From positions 11,470,001 through 11,534,000 of the forward strand of contig OX597830.1 in NCBI GenBank assembly GCA_951406725.2: a stretch of DNA of 64,000 nucleotides, in the 5' to 3' direction. This stretch comes from Octopus vulgaris. Its lineage: Eukaryota. A program made the position numbers and the translations under genes. The notes below the pieces were generated by a model. The model made no database searches, was not told the origin of the DNA, and saw only the letters and a program-made list of their open reading frames with translations. Positions 39,834-52,714 of the stretch are shown in pieces; within the stretch, counting starts at the first letter, position 1, and each line of letters opens with the position of its first letter.

Positions 39834-40242
39834 GGATCATTTCGGTTTGAACGGCAGTTTTTTCTAGTGGTGTCATATGAAATTGTCACCCATAATTATG
39901 ACCCTAGTATCAATCTATTGCATTTCAATCTGTTTTAGGGTTAGGGTTAGTTAGGGGTGGGGGGAAGAGTATCTTTTTTTCTTCACAAATGTAAATAAAC
40001 CCAATCTGTGTCTTAAACGAGGGACATATTCATACGGCACAGAATCCTTTTTACCTCAATGGACGTTGAAATTACAGAAATTGAAGAAAAAAACAACAAA
40101 TATCTTACAAACTATAGGATTTTCTCAATAAAGCCAAGAGAAAAAGATGTTTTATAAACACATTCTACCAGTATACGAAGTTTAAAATTTTTTAGTTACC
40201 TGGAAATTATGTTAAAAACTGCCGTTCAAACCGAAAAGATCC
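39834..40242. mobile_element. MITE with ~28-bp TIRs (Merlin/MULE-like)
   Basis: GGATC.TTTCGGTTTGAACGGCAGTTTT TIR; 8-bp TSD GTTATTTC/G; internal TTAGGG repeats; truncated copy at 51408-51742. Confidence 0.8.
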
Positions 40243-41153
40243 GTTATTTGTCATAATATATGTCTTCCTCTAAATTTCTCTAATTCTCTCCAACTCTTAA
40301 ATTCTATTGGAGTTTGTATAAAAGGAGATAAATCAGCCCAAAACTCGATCAACTCTCTTCTATAACAGTAACTCTCTTTTTACTCTTTTACTTGTTTCAG
40401 TCATTTGACTGCGGCCATGCTGGAGCACCGCCTTTAATCGAGCAACTCGACCCCGAGACTTATTCTTTTGTAAGTCCAGTACTTATTCTATCGGTCTCTT
40501 CTTGTCGAACCGCTATGTAACGGGGACGTAAACACACCAGCATCGGTTGTCACACCTAGGGGGACAAACACAGACACACAAACACACACATATATATATA
40601 TATACATATATACGACGGGCTTCTTTCGGTTTCCGTCTACCAAATCCACTCACAAGGCTTTGGTCGGCCCGAGGCTATAGTAGAAGACACTTGCCCAAGG
40701 TGCCACGCAGTGGGACTGAACCCGGAACCATGTGCTTGGTAAACAAGCTACTTACCACACTGCCACTCCTGCGCCTACGTAAGTGTACTAATATATTAAA
40801 TATTGGAGATAGAAGTTATTACATTAAAGGTATTACAAGAAAAGTCATATAGATCAAACCAAATCAATCATACCAGATTTTGAACAAAAACTATAAAATA
40901 TTACTAAATTTTAAAAATTAGTATATGGTTTAGTGCATTACTATTAGCAATAGTTACAAGTTACATTTAAATCAAAAAGACTGCTTCGGTGTAGCAGTGT
41001 GATTAGAATCTTGAGCGAAACACTAGAAATAATCAGTTATATCTGATGTACGGTTAGCATAGCTAAACCAGAAATTGGAAACAAATAAAAACAGCTGTTA
41101 ACTTTTCATTTAAGAAGAAAAGTAAAGGGTTCAGTTTATATAACAATACATAC

Positions 41154-41236
41154 CTTCTTTGTGATGTTATTGAGTACACAAGAATGTATCCATCAACATT
41201 CATATAATAATCATTTGGAGTTACTGAATATTCATC
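41154..41236 (-). CDS. Rheb: Rheb coding exon 4 (DEYSVTPNDYYMNVDGYILVYSITSQR-S)
   Basis: tttcag acceptor, AG|gtatgt donor, 83 nt. Confidence 0.95.
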
Positions 41237-41295
41237 CTGAAATAAGACAGTTAATTTCATATCAATCTATCAAAGCATAAAACAAAATGTTCAAA

Positions 41296-41694
41296 TCTAT
41301 ATATATAAAAGTGAGGTTGTGTGGTGTCTGTCTCTACGATTTAGATTCCTAACTACTCCCACATTTTGCGGTGCAGTGAAACAAAAAGCGGGTATCTTAT
41401 AGTCGTGATTCATATCGAGCCCTTCTGGGTAATAGTGCGCGTCTACGATGCATCTACGATTTAAAAAAAAAATTTACCATCATTTTTTCCCATTTTTAAT
41501 GCATTTTTTTGCTATTAAATAAGGGAAGTAACTCTCTAAAAATGTATTATTAAATCTCAGAACGTAAAAAGTTACAGTAACACCTGCCCTTTGTGGTTAG
41601 CCATATTGAGATGGCTATTATACTTTACATCTCTAAAAATGCTTATATAGTTATTTCTCTTACAAACCCGAGCAACGCCGGGCGATACTGCTAG
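41296..41694 (+). mobile_element. Non-autonomous Helitron (family 1)
   Basis: A|TC ... CCCGAGCAACGCCGGG ... CTAG|T. Confidence 0.92.
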
Positions 41695-42319
41695 TTATTA
41701 TTAAAACTTGGATCCTATGATTAATACGGAGGAGCTCTGACTCTCTATATACGTTAAAACACTATTACAGATATTAATCTTTATTTTACATTTTTTTTAT
41801 TCATAGCATTTCTGAGTCTTGTTAGACAAGAATGACTGAATAGTATCGGAGCATATGCCATTTGTTTAGTTACTTTTTTAATTGTAACAAGAAAACTGGG
41901 CAAAAGAAAATTCAAAGCAAAATGTTTAGTAACTGATCTAGAGCGGTGAGACACAACGGAGGAAAAGGAATTACATCAATTGAATTTAAATGGCTTAAAT
42001 GAAGAGACAATTGTTGAAGAGATAAAAGATTGGAGGGTGGGTAGAATATAAACGAAGATTTACCTATTTACTGTCTGGCTTCTTTCAGTCAACACAGATA
42101 AAAGTACCAGTCCATCTTACAAGTCTTGCAAATATTTGAATTTGCAAAAATAGCCAAAATATATAAATAGGGGAAAATGATTGCAAAATCAATAGAAAAA
42201 TGAATCGCGGCAATGCCGTAATGTGGCCAAAACAATGTAGATGGAAATCTGATATTGAAATAATTCGTTTTTAGATTTGGTTTGCAAGATTCTTTATATG
42301 AGTTCGTGTGTTGAAGCAT

Positions 42320-42570
42320 ATTCTGTTGCGTCTGGGGAGAGTCATTCTCTTTTAGTGCCTTATTATTTAACACACTCACCGGTAAAATTTCCACTCATTT
42401 CTTATTTTTTATTTTCTAAAATTTTCGTTGCGTCTTATTGAAAAGGTTGCAAGACGCAACGAAAATTTTAGAAAATAAAAATAAGAAATAAGTGGAAACT
42501 TTACCGGTGAGTGTGTTAAATAATAAGGCACTAAAAGAGAATGACTCTCCCCAGACTCAACAGAATATGA
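42320..42570. repeat. Near-perfect ~120-bp-arm palindrome
   Basis: 42320-42438 pairs with ~42452-42570; short loop; TGATATTGAAATA repeated at ~42250 and ~42569. Confidence 0.95.
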
Positions 42571-44473
42571 TATTGAAATATTATTAGTTTATTATTAACA
42601 ATTAATCTCATGAGAATATGTATAGATGGATCAGTGGTCAAATGTTTAAAATATTATCAGAATCAAGTCATCAAATAATGTGGCCTGAAAAGAGTTTCTA
42701 TAATGTAGGTAACCATGACGAACTCACTTTGAATTACTCATGTCTATCCAAATGTCCTAATCATCATCATCATTTAGTGTCCGCTTTCCATGCTAGCATG
42801 GGTTGGACGGTTCAACTAGGGTCTGGGAAGCCAGAAGGCTGCACCAGGCCCAGTCTGATCTGGCAGTGTTTCTACAGCTGGATGCCCTTCCTAACGCCAA
42901 CCACTCCGTGAGTGTAGTGGGTGCCTTTTACGTACCAGACGAGGCTGGCAAACGGCCACGATCGGATGGTGCTTTTTATGTGCCACCGGCACGGAAGCCA
43001 GTCAAGGCGGAGCTGGCATCGGCCATGATCGGATGGTGCTTTTTACATCCACTGGCACGGAGGCCAAGCGAGGCTGGCAATGGCCACGATCGGATGGTGC
43101 TTTTTACATCCACTGGCACGGAGGCCAGGCGAGGCTGGCAACGGCCACGATCGGATGGTGCTTTTGATGTGCCACTGGCACGGAGGCCAGGCGAGGCTGG
43201 CAACGGCCACGATCGGATGGTGCGTTTTACGTGCCACTGGCACGGAGGCAGGTTAACAGTATGCTACTGGAATAGAGCGATGCAGGACTACACAACAAAA
43301 ACAAGATGTAGCCACAGCAGAGAAACTGAAAACCCAACAACACAGATCTAAAGGAATTGATTTGACTGAACTATTAGGCAACAAAGACACCAATCTGCTA
43401 GACTGAAACTGACCAGAGTACTTCCTTGCTTGTATATAGTATCAGATTTAATAATGACCATCTCTTTCAGTTGTGCTTTCTTAGATTTCTGTACATTCCA
43501 ATCCTTGATGTGAAACTTCAGATGCAAATAGGACATGTGAATGCTTGGTTAACGATAACAGATATTAATCTGCATCTGTGTCTCCTCGAAGTGCTCTTGC
43601 TGATGGGAGCAATGTCCTCCATTTTTGAAATGTTGATATTATTCTTTTTCAAAAATGTCTTTAGTTGGCCTTTGAAAAACTTCTTTCGCCCTCCACCCAC
43701 AGTGTAGGTGGCCATGGAGGATCCCACTAGGGTTGAGGAGAATGTTAGATATATGTCTCAGTCAACTCAGATAATACAAGTACAATGTGTATGTGTAATC
43801 CTATCTCACCAAAAAGACTAAAAGATTTCCTGTGTATGCTGGATGTCAAAGATTTGAGGCCCTTAATGTTTTGACTGTATATGGTCTATTTCTTGTATTC
43901 ATACAGGAAAGCTGAAATGAGTGTGCAGTGAGTAGTTATTTAGACTCACTTTCTGAGGTTTCCAAAGGTTACAGGATTTGGTTAAAAAGAGACGATGAAC
44001 GATGGCTAGAAGGATATTGAGTTTAACTTCATAACCAGCTGATCTAGCAAGCGGGGCCTCATATCAGTGAGGGGGGCCGGTGCGCATTGATTCCGTCGAG
44101 AGGTAGGCCCCGAAACGGCGCGTATTCTCTCCTGATGACCCCATACACTTGCTGGCTTCCGGTATACGGAGTTCTCGACTGGTAGCACTTGCATGTGCAA
44201 GTTGTTTGCAAGACATATCTAAAGTAGTCTACAATCCTCTTCTTCAGTCACTGGAAACTTTATTGCCAAGGTATCTAGAATTAGGAGGGTGTAACTAGTT
44301 GTTGTTGCACCAAGAAAATGAAGAGGAGAGAAGGTGTTGTTGGGTGCCATTAACAAATGACTCAGTTTTCTGAGTGTTAATGGTCAGGTTCATTCTTTTA
44401 TAAATTATAACAGTTCCAAGATGGTAGCTTCTGGAGTGTGAGCTATCACAGCAAGCACTAACATACTGTAGCT

Positions 44474-44674
44474 CAATGGTTTTCAACCAGGGTTCCGCCA
44501 GTACAGTGCAGGGGTTCCGTAAGAAGTTACAAAACTGCTAAAATCGGCAGTAATTTTTAAGTCTCCTGTGCAGATATGTGTGCATAAGACTATTAAATTA
44601 TTGCACAGGGGTTCCTCGAGCCAGTGGAATGTTTCCTTGGGGTTCCGCTCCAGCAAAACGTTTGAAAAGCACTG
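44474..44674. mobile_element. hAT-type MITE
   Basis: 8-bp TSD CTGTAGCT; homolog of 8040-8258. Confidence 0.9.
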
Positions 44675-45170
44675 CTGTAGCTCAATGATTTGTTCATATT
44701 TAAGCTTAATGGTGCCCTCCCCCCCACAGATGATGAAATGGTTTCTGTCATGCTGAGTGTTTACAATTCCTTCTTTTCCCATCTTTCTGCATAACGGTGC
44801 AGTAACATAAATGAGGAAAATATCATGCAGTACAGGTGCAAGTATGCAACAGTGTCTGAATCCTGTTTTTATACTGAAGGGATTAGATTTTAGTCCTCAA
44901 ACAACAACCAAGGAGGACATCACAGCTGTGAGGAACTAGTGTAGGAGATTCATGATTTTGGGTAGAAAATTAAACTTCGTAAGAACATTACACAGAAGTT
45001 CCTTGCTGGCTGCATCAAAGCCTTTGATAGATGCACAAATGCAATGAACAGATGCGTTGATGTTTGTGGAAATCACACTGCGATCCCGTTGTAATACTCT
45101 CTGATATTGATTGAACCAGTCTTTTAGGTATAACCTTGACAGAATCTTCCCAATGATATATGGGAATACC

Positions 45171-45403
45171 TATTTCTTTACTACACACAAGGGGCTAAAT
45201 ACAGAGGGGACAAACAAGGACAGACAAACGAATTAAGTTGATTACATCGACCCCAGTGCGTAACTGGCACTTAATTTATCGACCCCGAAAGGATGAAAGG
45301 CAAAGTTGACCTCGGCGGAATTTGAACTCACAGCGTAGCGGCAGACGAAATACCGCAAAGCATTTCGCCCGGCGTGCTAACGTTTCTGCCAGCTCGCCGC
45401 CTT
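45171..45403 (-). mobile_element. SINE family B
   Basis: 15-bp TSD ATATATGGGAATACC. Confidence 0.9.
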
Positions 45404-45543
45404 AAATATATATGGGAATACCGTACCCCTACTGAGCTTGTTTTCTTTGTTTTTCTGGATAGTGACAAAGTCAGCACCCTTTCAATATTGGGCTGTCTAC
45501 TATCGTTTCTAGTGTCAATAAAAATATCAAAAGTAATACCCAC

Positions 45544-45611
45544 CTGTCCAGCAGTATCTATCACTTCTAGTTGGTAGACTTGACCAGAAACAGTTACATT
45601 CTTGGTGTAGG
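45544..45611 (-). CDS. Rheb: Rheb coding exon 3 (TYTKNVTVSGQVYQLEVIDTAGQ)
   Basis: cttttag acceptor, CAG|gtgggt donor, 68 nt; G3 DTAGQ. Confidence 0.95.
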
Positions 45612-48239
45612 CTAAAAGAACAAGAAAAGAAGATTAGAATGGTAATTTAATAAATAATGTGGGTTTTTTTTTGTTGTTTTTTTTTTACATAGACACAAGA
45701 CTAAAATTTTGAGGGAGGGATATATTGGTTTGACTAGTATGTATTTTATCCACCCCAGAAGGTGAAAGGCAAAGTTGACCCAGTGGGATATAAACTTTTT
45801 GCTTAAGGAATATTACTGAAAATTGCAAGATTTGGACTATATTATTTCTGCTGCTTAGTCTTATAATGTACCATTTCTAATACCTTGCAGTCCTATTAAT
45901 TATATTTTGCTATGTTTTTAGAGTATAGAAAATACATTAAAATAAAAGTAGATAAGGCTGTGTACAAATTTCCACAAGTTGAACAAATTTTACATGCAGT
46001 AAAAAGAAAAAAAAAATGCGTCCCTTAATGAGTGTATATATATTTTTTTAAACCTTAAAGTATATTTTAAAAGATGAAATAATCAGAAAATTTAGATTAA
46101 AATTAGTTTGCATAAGATCCAAAGTAAATTTTCTTTCAATTATTTTTTTTAAAACAAGACACTTAAAGTCAATATTAGGTCATTATCATCATCATCATCA
46201 TTGTTTAACATCTGCCTTCCATGCTGGCATGGTGGGTGTAAACAAATAACAATAACAAACAAAGCTTTCAGATTTCAAACAGTGTGCTTTAACCCTTTCG
46301 TTACTGCATTTATTTTGAGATGCTCTGTATTTCTTTCAATTACTTTAAATATAACAAAGAAATCATTAAGCTGGTGTTAGGAGCATAAATTGTGACTAAG
46401 GTTTGGTGGAAGATTTTAATTCAGAACCTATGAAAACTAGACATTTGTACTCCAGAGCCAGTTTCAGCCGGGTTGGTAACGAAACGGTTAGGAAGAAATA
46501 AATATAAGTGGAGGCTATTTTGGTTAGGATATCTTATTAAACTAATGTATGATTAAGGGGCCTCTCTTGGTCAAGGTTGACAATGCATCTGCACATGTGT
46601 GTGCAAGGCTGGGCAAGTTCACTTTTTAAAGGAAGACCAGGAGTTGTACATGCAGACGAGCCTTGCCTCTTTCCACCACTGATGTTTATCGAATTAGCGT
46701 CATCTTTGTCAGGTTTGAGATGTCGTAATTGTAAAGCAATAATTCTATGTGCCAACAAAAGAACTCTCAGCATTCTCATTTCCCCCCCCATCAACTTTTA
46801 TGACTAAATATGAATGAGATTGCTTACTGATCAGTGCATAAGACAAAATAGCTTTAGAGTTAAAATTTCCTAATACTTTCTGTGACGGCTATGAGCCTTC
46901 TTTCTCAGTTGATCGAAAGATTTTGTTCAAAGCAAAAGTTCTGGGGAAGAAAGTGATATAATGAAAGGATACTTGAAATTGTAGTTCTAGATGCATTAGT
47001 TTCAATATGGAGTAGAAGTTCAGAGAAGGGAGGGGGGATTTGCTTTTTTATGTTTTAAGAAGACAAATAGCATCTGGGCGTCTTTTTTGCATCGATAAAA
47101 AAAGAGTGAAGGTGAAGTAGGAGTAGAATTAATTTAAGAAAAGGAGAACTCACTTTGAGTATTAACTAAGCAAACTTACTAGTCTAAGTTGCTTAGGTGA
47201 TATCAGCATTTATAAATGTTAGGTTATCAACATGAGGTTTCGATCTTTCCGTTGCCAGTTGCAGAGAATCTTAACTTAAGAAATTCAATGTTGAGTTTCT
47301 TTCTAAATGAAATAAACGATGCCAAGTTATCATCATGTTCCTCATCAATGTTATTGTAGTCTTTGGACAGCTTGATGTCCTTGGTTGTCATTTTCAGTAA
47401 ATATACAATTCATCACCTTCAGCATTGATAAACCAAAGGGTAACCTTGTAAGCATCCATCAATTAGAAATTCCACACATCTTTTACCATTATTTTGAAGA
47501 AATATGATGTTAAGTGATCTAAACTTGTTGTAGAATTTATTGTAGAAACAAAATGCACGAGATTCTCACTATTAGAAAATGGAAAGACATCTAGAAAGCA
47601 ATTGTGGTTTATCAACAAAGGACTGTTTGCCGCTATTTCTTACAACTATCACCTGTACTCACCAAGGAGGAACTGAAGACTCAATAATGCCATCATCAAG
47701 AAGCTGCTTAGCTTCCTTTGTTTTTATTAATATTTGATCAAATAGAGAAAAACAATTGGTTTCAAATGATTGTATAGATGGGGAAAATACAAGGATAGGC
47801 TACCAACAAGGTGAGCTACACTAAGAGTTTTAATGATCATCTGAGTTTAAATACCCGTGGCATGTAAAAGGGCACCATTCAAGCGTGATCATTACCAACG
47901 TCGCTTCAGTGGCACATGTAAAAAGATTTGAGCGAGGTCGTTGCCAGTCCCGCCTGACTGGCCCCCGTGCCGGTGGCACGTAAAAAGCACCCACTACACT
48001 CTTGGAGTGGTTGGCGTTAGGAAGGGCATCCAGCTGTAGAAACTCTGCTAGACCAAGATTGAAGTCTGGTGCAGCCATCTGGTTCGCCAGCCCTCAGTTA
48101 AAATCGTCCAACCCATGCTGGCATGAAAAGCGGATGTTAAACGATGATGATGATGATGATGATGTCATCAAAAAAGAGTCATACCCTAGTAAGGAGGAAC
48201 ACAAGTTAGGACAGCATCTAAATATACGCTGGTAGCTTT

Positions 48240-49688
48240 TTCAAGTCTATTATTACCATGATGTGTGGCCTTGTAACATGGATTGTGATACTTTTGTTAT
48301 AAATCATTTTGATCAACAAACTCAAAAAAATGTTTGGTCTTTTGCAGTTGTGGCAAGTTTCATTCTTTTCTGAACTCACAGGATGGTCATGGCAGAGGCC
48401 AGCATCAAAATAGCAGCACCTGCATTTATTGGTTGATTAGTTCATGACAGCAGCAGTATGGTTATTTTTATGGAAGCTGGGCTCTTTTTTTTTTTTTTTC
48501 CAAGCCCAGATAGGACAATGAGGAAGTTTGTGTTTTCACTGCACCACAGACCTGCAGTGTCATCTGTGACTCATAATTTCCATCTAATCTAAATGGGAAT
48601 GAACTAGGAGCATGGAAATCTTTTGTTGAAATAGTCAAAAATTTTTCTTGGAAGGCACACAGCTAAAAACCACCATGAACTCACACAAAACGTGCTTAGA
48701 TCTTATGAAAAAATGCGATGCAGAATGTCTTTGAAAATGCATTTTTTTACATTCTTATCTTCACTTCTTCCAGCCAACTTTGGGGCTGTGAGTGACGAGC
48801 ATGGTGAGATAGAACTCAGGGAAAACAGATACTAAGTTAATTTCAACCAGATATGATTGGAAATTATTGTTGGTTCATGCAGAAGAAGAGCTCATCATCT
48901 TACAGGCAACAAAGGAAGAGGAAACATCAAAGTTTCACTTAAGAAGTGGAAGCTACTTTTCAGAGGTAACAACAAAATGCTTTGGGTGGATGGTTGGGCA
49001 CAGGGGTGGTAACTCCACCAGCGGAATTCTGCAGTCTGTCTTAAGCTGGAAAAAGGAGGAAAGACATCCCTGTTCACTAATTATTTAAGTATGTTTAACT
49101 ATAAGAAGCAGGTGAGACAAAATGAAAAAATAGAGGTTCATGGTTACACAAAACCTGGATGTGATAGAGAAATTTCGATATCAGATCTGATATTAGTGTC
49201 AGAAATTTAGTAGGAATCAATAGTTTATGTGTCTGCAAAAAAAAAAAAAAAAAAAAAGAGTTGAAGGCACAGGAGTGGCTGTGTGGTAAGTAGCTTGCTT
49301 ACCAACCACATGGTTCCAGGTTCAGTCCCACTGCGTGGCATCTTGGGCAAGTGTCTTCTGCTATAGCCTCGGGCCGACCAATGCCTTGTGAGTGGATTTG
49401 GTAGACAAAAACTGAAAGAAGCCCGTCATATATATGTATATATATATATATATATGTGTGTGTTTGTGTGTCTGTGTTTGTCCCCCTAGCATTGCTTGAC
49501 AACCGATGCTGGTGTGTTTACATCCCCGTCACTTAGCGGTTCGGCAAAAGAGACCGATAGAATAAGTACCAGGCTTACAAAGAATAAGTCCTGGGGTCGA
49601 TTTGCTCAACTAAAGGCAGTGCTCCAGCATGGCTGCAGTCAAACGACTGAACCAAGTAAAAGAGTAAAGAGTATTTGCTGCCTAGTGT
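48240..49688 (+). mobile_element. Degraded Chapaev3-like DNA transposon (SINE A inserted near the right end)
   Basis: 48610-48810 translates AWKSFVEIVKNFLG...MSLKMHFLHS...GAVSDEHGE (frameshifted); right end CTAGTG-TAA. Confidence 0.65.
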
Positions 49689-49797
49689 AAGCATTGTATT
49701 AAATAGAGTTATGTGAATGCTAAATGTCTAGATATACTTTTTCATGGCTATTCTAAAAAACCAACAAAGAATTATTAAATAAAATCTTCACACTTAC

Positions 49798-49869
49798 TAT
49801 TTTCAATTGTTGGGTCATAGGTGTCATCGAATTTACTAGTAACAAACCGTAATACCAATGAAGTCTTTC
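49798..49869 (-). CDS. Rheb: Rheb coding exon 2 (GKTSLVLRFVTSKFDDTYDPTIEN-T)
   Basis: ttttag acceptor, gtaagtg donor, 72 nt; switch-I YDPTIEN. Confidence 0.95.
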
Positions 49870-50169
49870 CTAAAACGAAGGAGAAAATGGTTTTAGTAAT
49901 TCTACAAATCAACATTATATTTACATAAAGTAGTAGAGTTCACTGCAAATGTTAAATCGCATTTCTAAATCAAAACTCAACTTCAAATACTGTCAATATT
50001 AGGAGTTCAATAAGCATCAGTGATGTATAATGATCAATTTTATATTATATATGTGAAAAAAAAAAAAAAAAAAAAAAGGTGATCTCCGGCTGTCTGTCTG
50101 TTAACAACATCTGTGTAGAGACAGAAAAGAAAGGGAAGACAAAAGTTGTTCAGAGAGAGACAGAGAGAG

Positions 50170-50905
50170 TATTTCTTTATTCACCATAAGGTTGAGAAAA
50201 AGAGGGGACAATACGGGGACAGACAAAACAAATGTTGGGGTCAGGGTATCGAATGAGACGAAACGTATGAATAAACAAACAATTAAAATATATGCCGTTT
50301 GCCAGCTCTGTCTGGTACCTGTGCAGGTGACACGTAAAAAGCACCCACTACACTCACAAAGTGGTCGGCGTTAGGAAGGGGCATCCAGCCGTAGTAACAC
50401 TGCCAGATCTGACTGGGGCCTGGTGCAGCCTTCCGGCTTCACAGACCCCAGTTGAACCGTCCAACCCATGCTAGCATGGAAAACGGACGCTAAATGATGA
50501 TGATGATGATAATTAAATGAGAATGAGTGATTAACACAAAATGAAATGGAGGACGCGGTTGACTCCACAAACCACATACTCACACTGAAGACTTTGCTCT
50601 CCCCTTTTTTACGTTCTCGATTAAACAGGTTCTTTCACTCGCAACATACTTGCTATAGACTTCCATCTTTTACGAAACACACTTTGCGACAGGCATTTCT
50701 TCTCTAGCCTTATTTTCCATTTCATGTGGAAAATGAAAAAGTCGATTAGCTCGAGACTGGAGATGAACATTCCTGTTGCAATTCCTTTCACTCTCGTCTT
50801 CCATACTACTTTTTTCGCCACAGCAACTACTGAGAGAAAACAGGCTCGCTCCTCCCTATTCAGGGAGGTCGGCGGAACGATCTTAATTACAGATTCGCTC
50901 GACAG
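50170..50905 (-). mobile_element. Tx1/L1-clade LINE 3' fragment inside an (AG)n/(CT)n tract
   Basis: C-terminal VAKKVVWKTR...FRKRW peptide; AATAAAGAAA tail; AG repeats on both sides; RTE tail nested at 50295-50510. Confidence 0.6.
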
Positions 50906-51998
50906 AAGAGAGAGAGAGAGCAAGAAAGGGATAGGAGAGAATGTGTGAAAGATACATAAATAATGCTGTCACTAAAGTAACAATTTTTGATTAAAAATGA
51001 GGTAATTTTAATTGCAAGTCCATCAAGGTAATGTAGCACACACGCCAAACATAGACAGACTATATGTATGTATGTATGTATGTACACATGTGTGTGTACC
51101 TTGGCCGAAGAATACGAATCTCAGAAGAAGGGCCCCTTCTGGGCACTAAGAGCTTCCTAAACTCTAGCAATAAGATAATTATCAGCCATAATACATTTTT
51201 TTAACCACCCCATCTAGTCCGATAAAAATTTGGTTGGAGTTAGCTCCCTTTTCACCCTGTTGGCGTTACCCCCTTCACCTACACCACTGGTGATAACCCA
51301 CTGCAGAATATAAACAAATTGAATACACATGTGTGAAAAGAATGTGCTTAATCAAACTAGGAACCCCACACCTAAATAATATTTACCCCACCCTAATTAC
51401 CCAATGAGGATATTTTCGGTTTGAACGGCAGTTTTTTCTAGCGGTGTCACATGAAATTGTCACCCATAATTATGACCCTAGAATCGATCTATTGCATTTC
51501 AATCTCTTTTAGGGTTAGGGTATTTTCTTTGTTCTCAAATATAAATAAACCCAATCTGTTTCTTAAACGAGGGACATATTCATACGGCACAGAATGTTTT
51601 TTACCTCAATAGACGTCACTGAATCGTTGAAATTGCAGAAATTGAAGAAAAACAACAACAAATATCTTACAAACTATAGAATTTTCTCAATAGAGCCAAG
51701 AGAAAAAGATGTTTTATAAACACATTCTACCAGTATACGAAGTCTACCACAATCAAACCTCTACCCAGCGAATTTACCAGCGCAAGAACAAAAGTTAATG
51801 TAAGGCTTACTACCTTTGTTTATATTACCATCACAGCCACCAACTATTTTCGCATTCTGAAGAGATTTACTTAAACCAGTAAATTAAAACGAACGTAATT
51901 GCTACCTTCATCTCTGCTTTTTACTTCCTTGTTATCTAATTAAATTAAAGGCATACCAGCGAAAACCACGAGTTTCCACTTGTTATTACATCCATTTT

Positions 51999-52046
<48 letters not shown>

Positions 52047-52055
52047 CACTATATG

Positions 52056-52134
<79 letters not shown>

Positions 52135-52191
52135 TGTGTGTGTATACAGATATAAGTGTGTGCGTATACATATATATATATATATGTATGT

Positions 52192-52402
52192 CCGGTCATT
52201 CAAAATGTGACCACGTGTGTACTGTTGGCAATTTTTTTCCTCTGTCTTCCCTTCTCTGGATCTTTCTTTCTCCTATGTTTCCAACGAAGAGCTCCGCTCG
52301 AAATGTTAAACCCTCCTTCTTTCCTGAGCATCCAATAATACTATATTTGTTGCACGTCCTCGCGTTGTGTTTTTTTGTGCTTTATTGTTTGGATTAACTT
52401 TA
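52192..52402 (+). mobile_element. ~200-bp hammerhead-bearing short element, copy 1
   Basis: GTTT-CcaACGA-AGAGCTCCGCTC-GAAAt-GTT-AAAC at 52277-52311; (TA)n flanks. Confidence 0.7.
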
Positions 52403-52714
52403 TGTATGTATATATACATATATATGTATGTGTATATACATATATATATATATGTATATATGCGTGTGTGTATATATATATGTGTGTGTGTATACATACA
52501 TACGTATTCTTTTGGCAGAGGTACTAAAAGCTGAGTAGGGGAATCTGTGCGCGCTAGTTTATATAGGGTGTTGGTGGTGGAAGAGGAAGTCTTGGCAAAG
52601 CTAGTGGTAATCGAGAGACAGGACAGGCAGATTGAGGAGAGAGAGAGAGAGAGAGAGAGAGTGAGAGAGAGAGAGAGGAAGTAATGTACATTGCCCCTGT
52701 GAAGACCAATGTTC

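Noticed and set aside
43975-44205. SRP (7SL) RNA or a canonical hammerhead
   Set aside because: No Alu-domain or helix-8 consensus match, and the CTGATGA and GAAAC words do not share a closing stem II. Kept only as an unidentified structure.
46530-47800. Possible old LINE remnants (also 31030-31800 and 43390-45150)
   Set aside because: Too degraded to assign a family or boundaries by eye.
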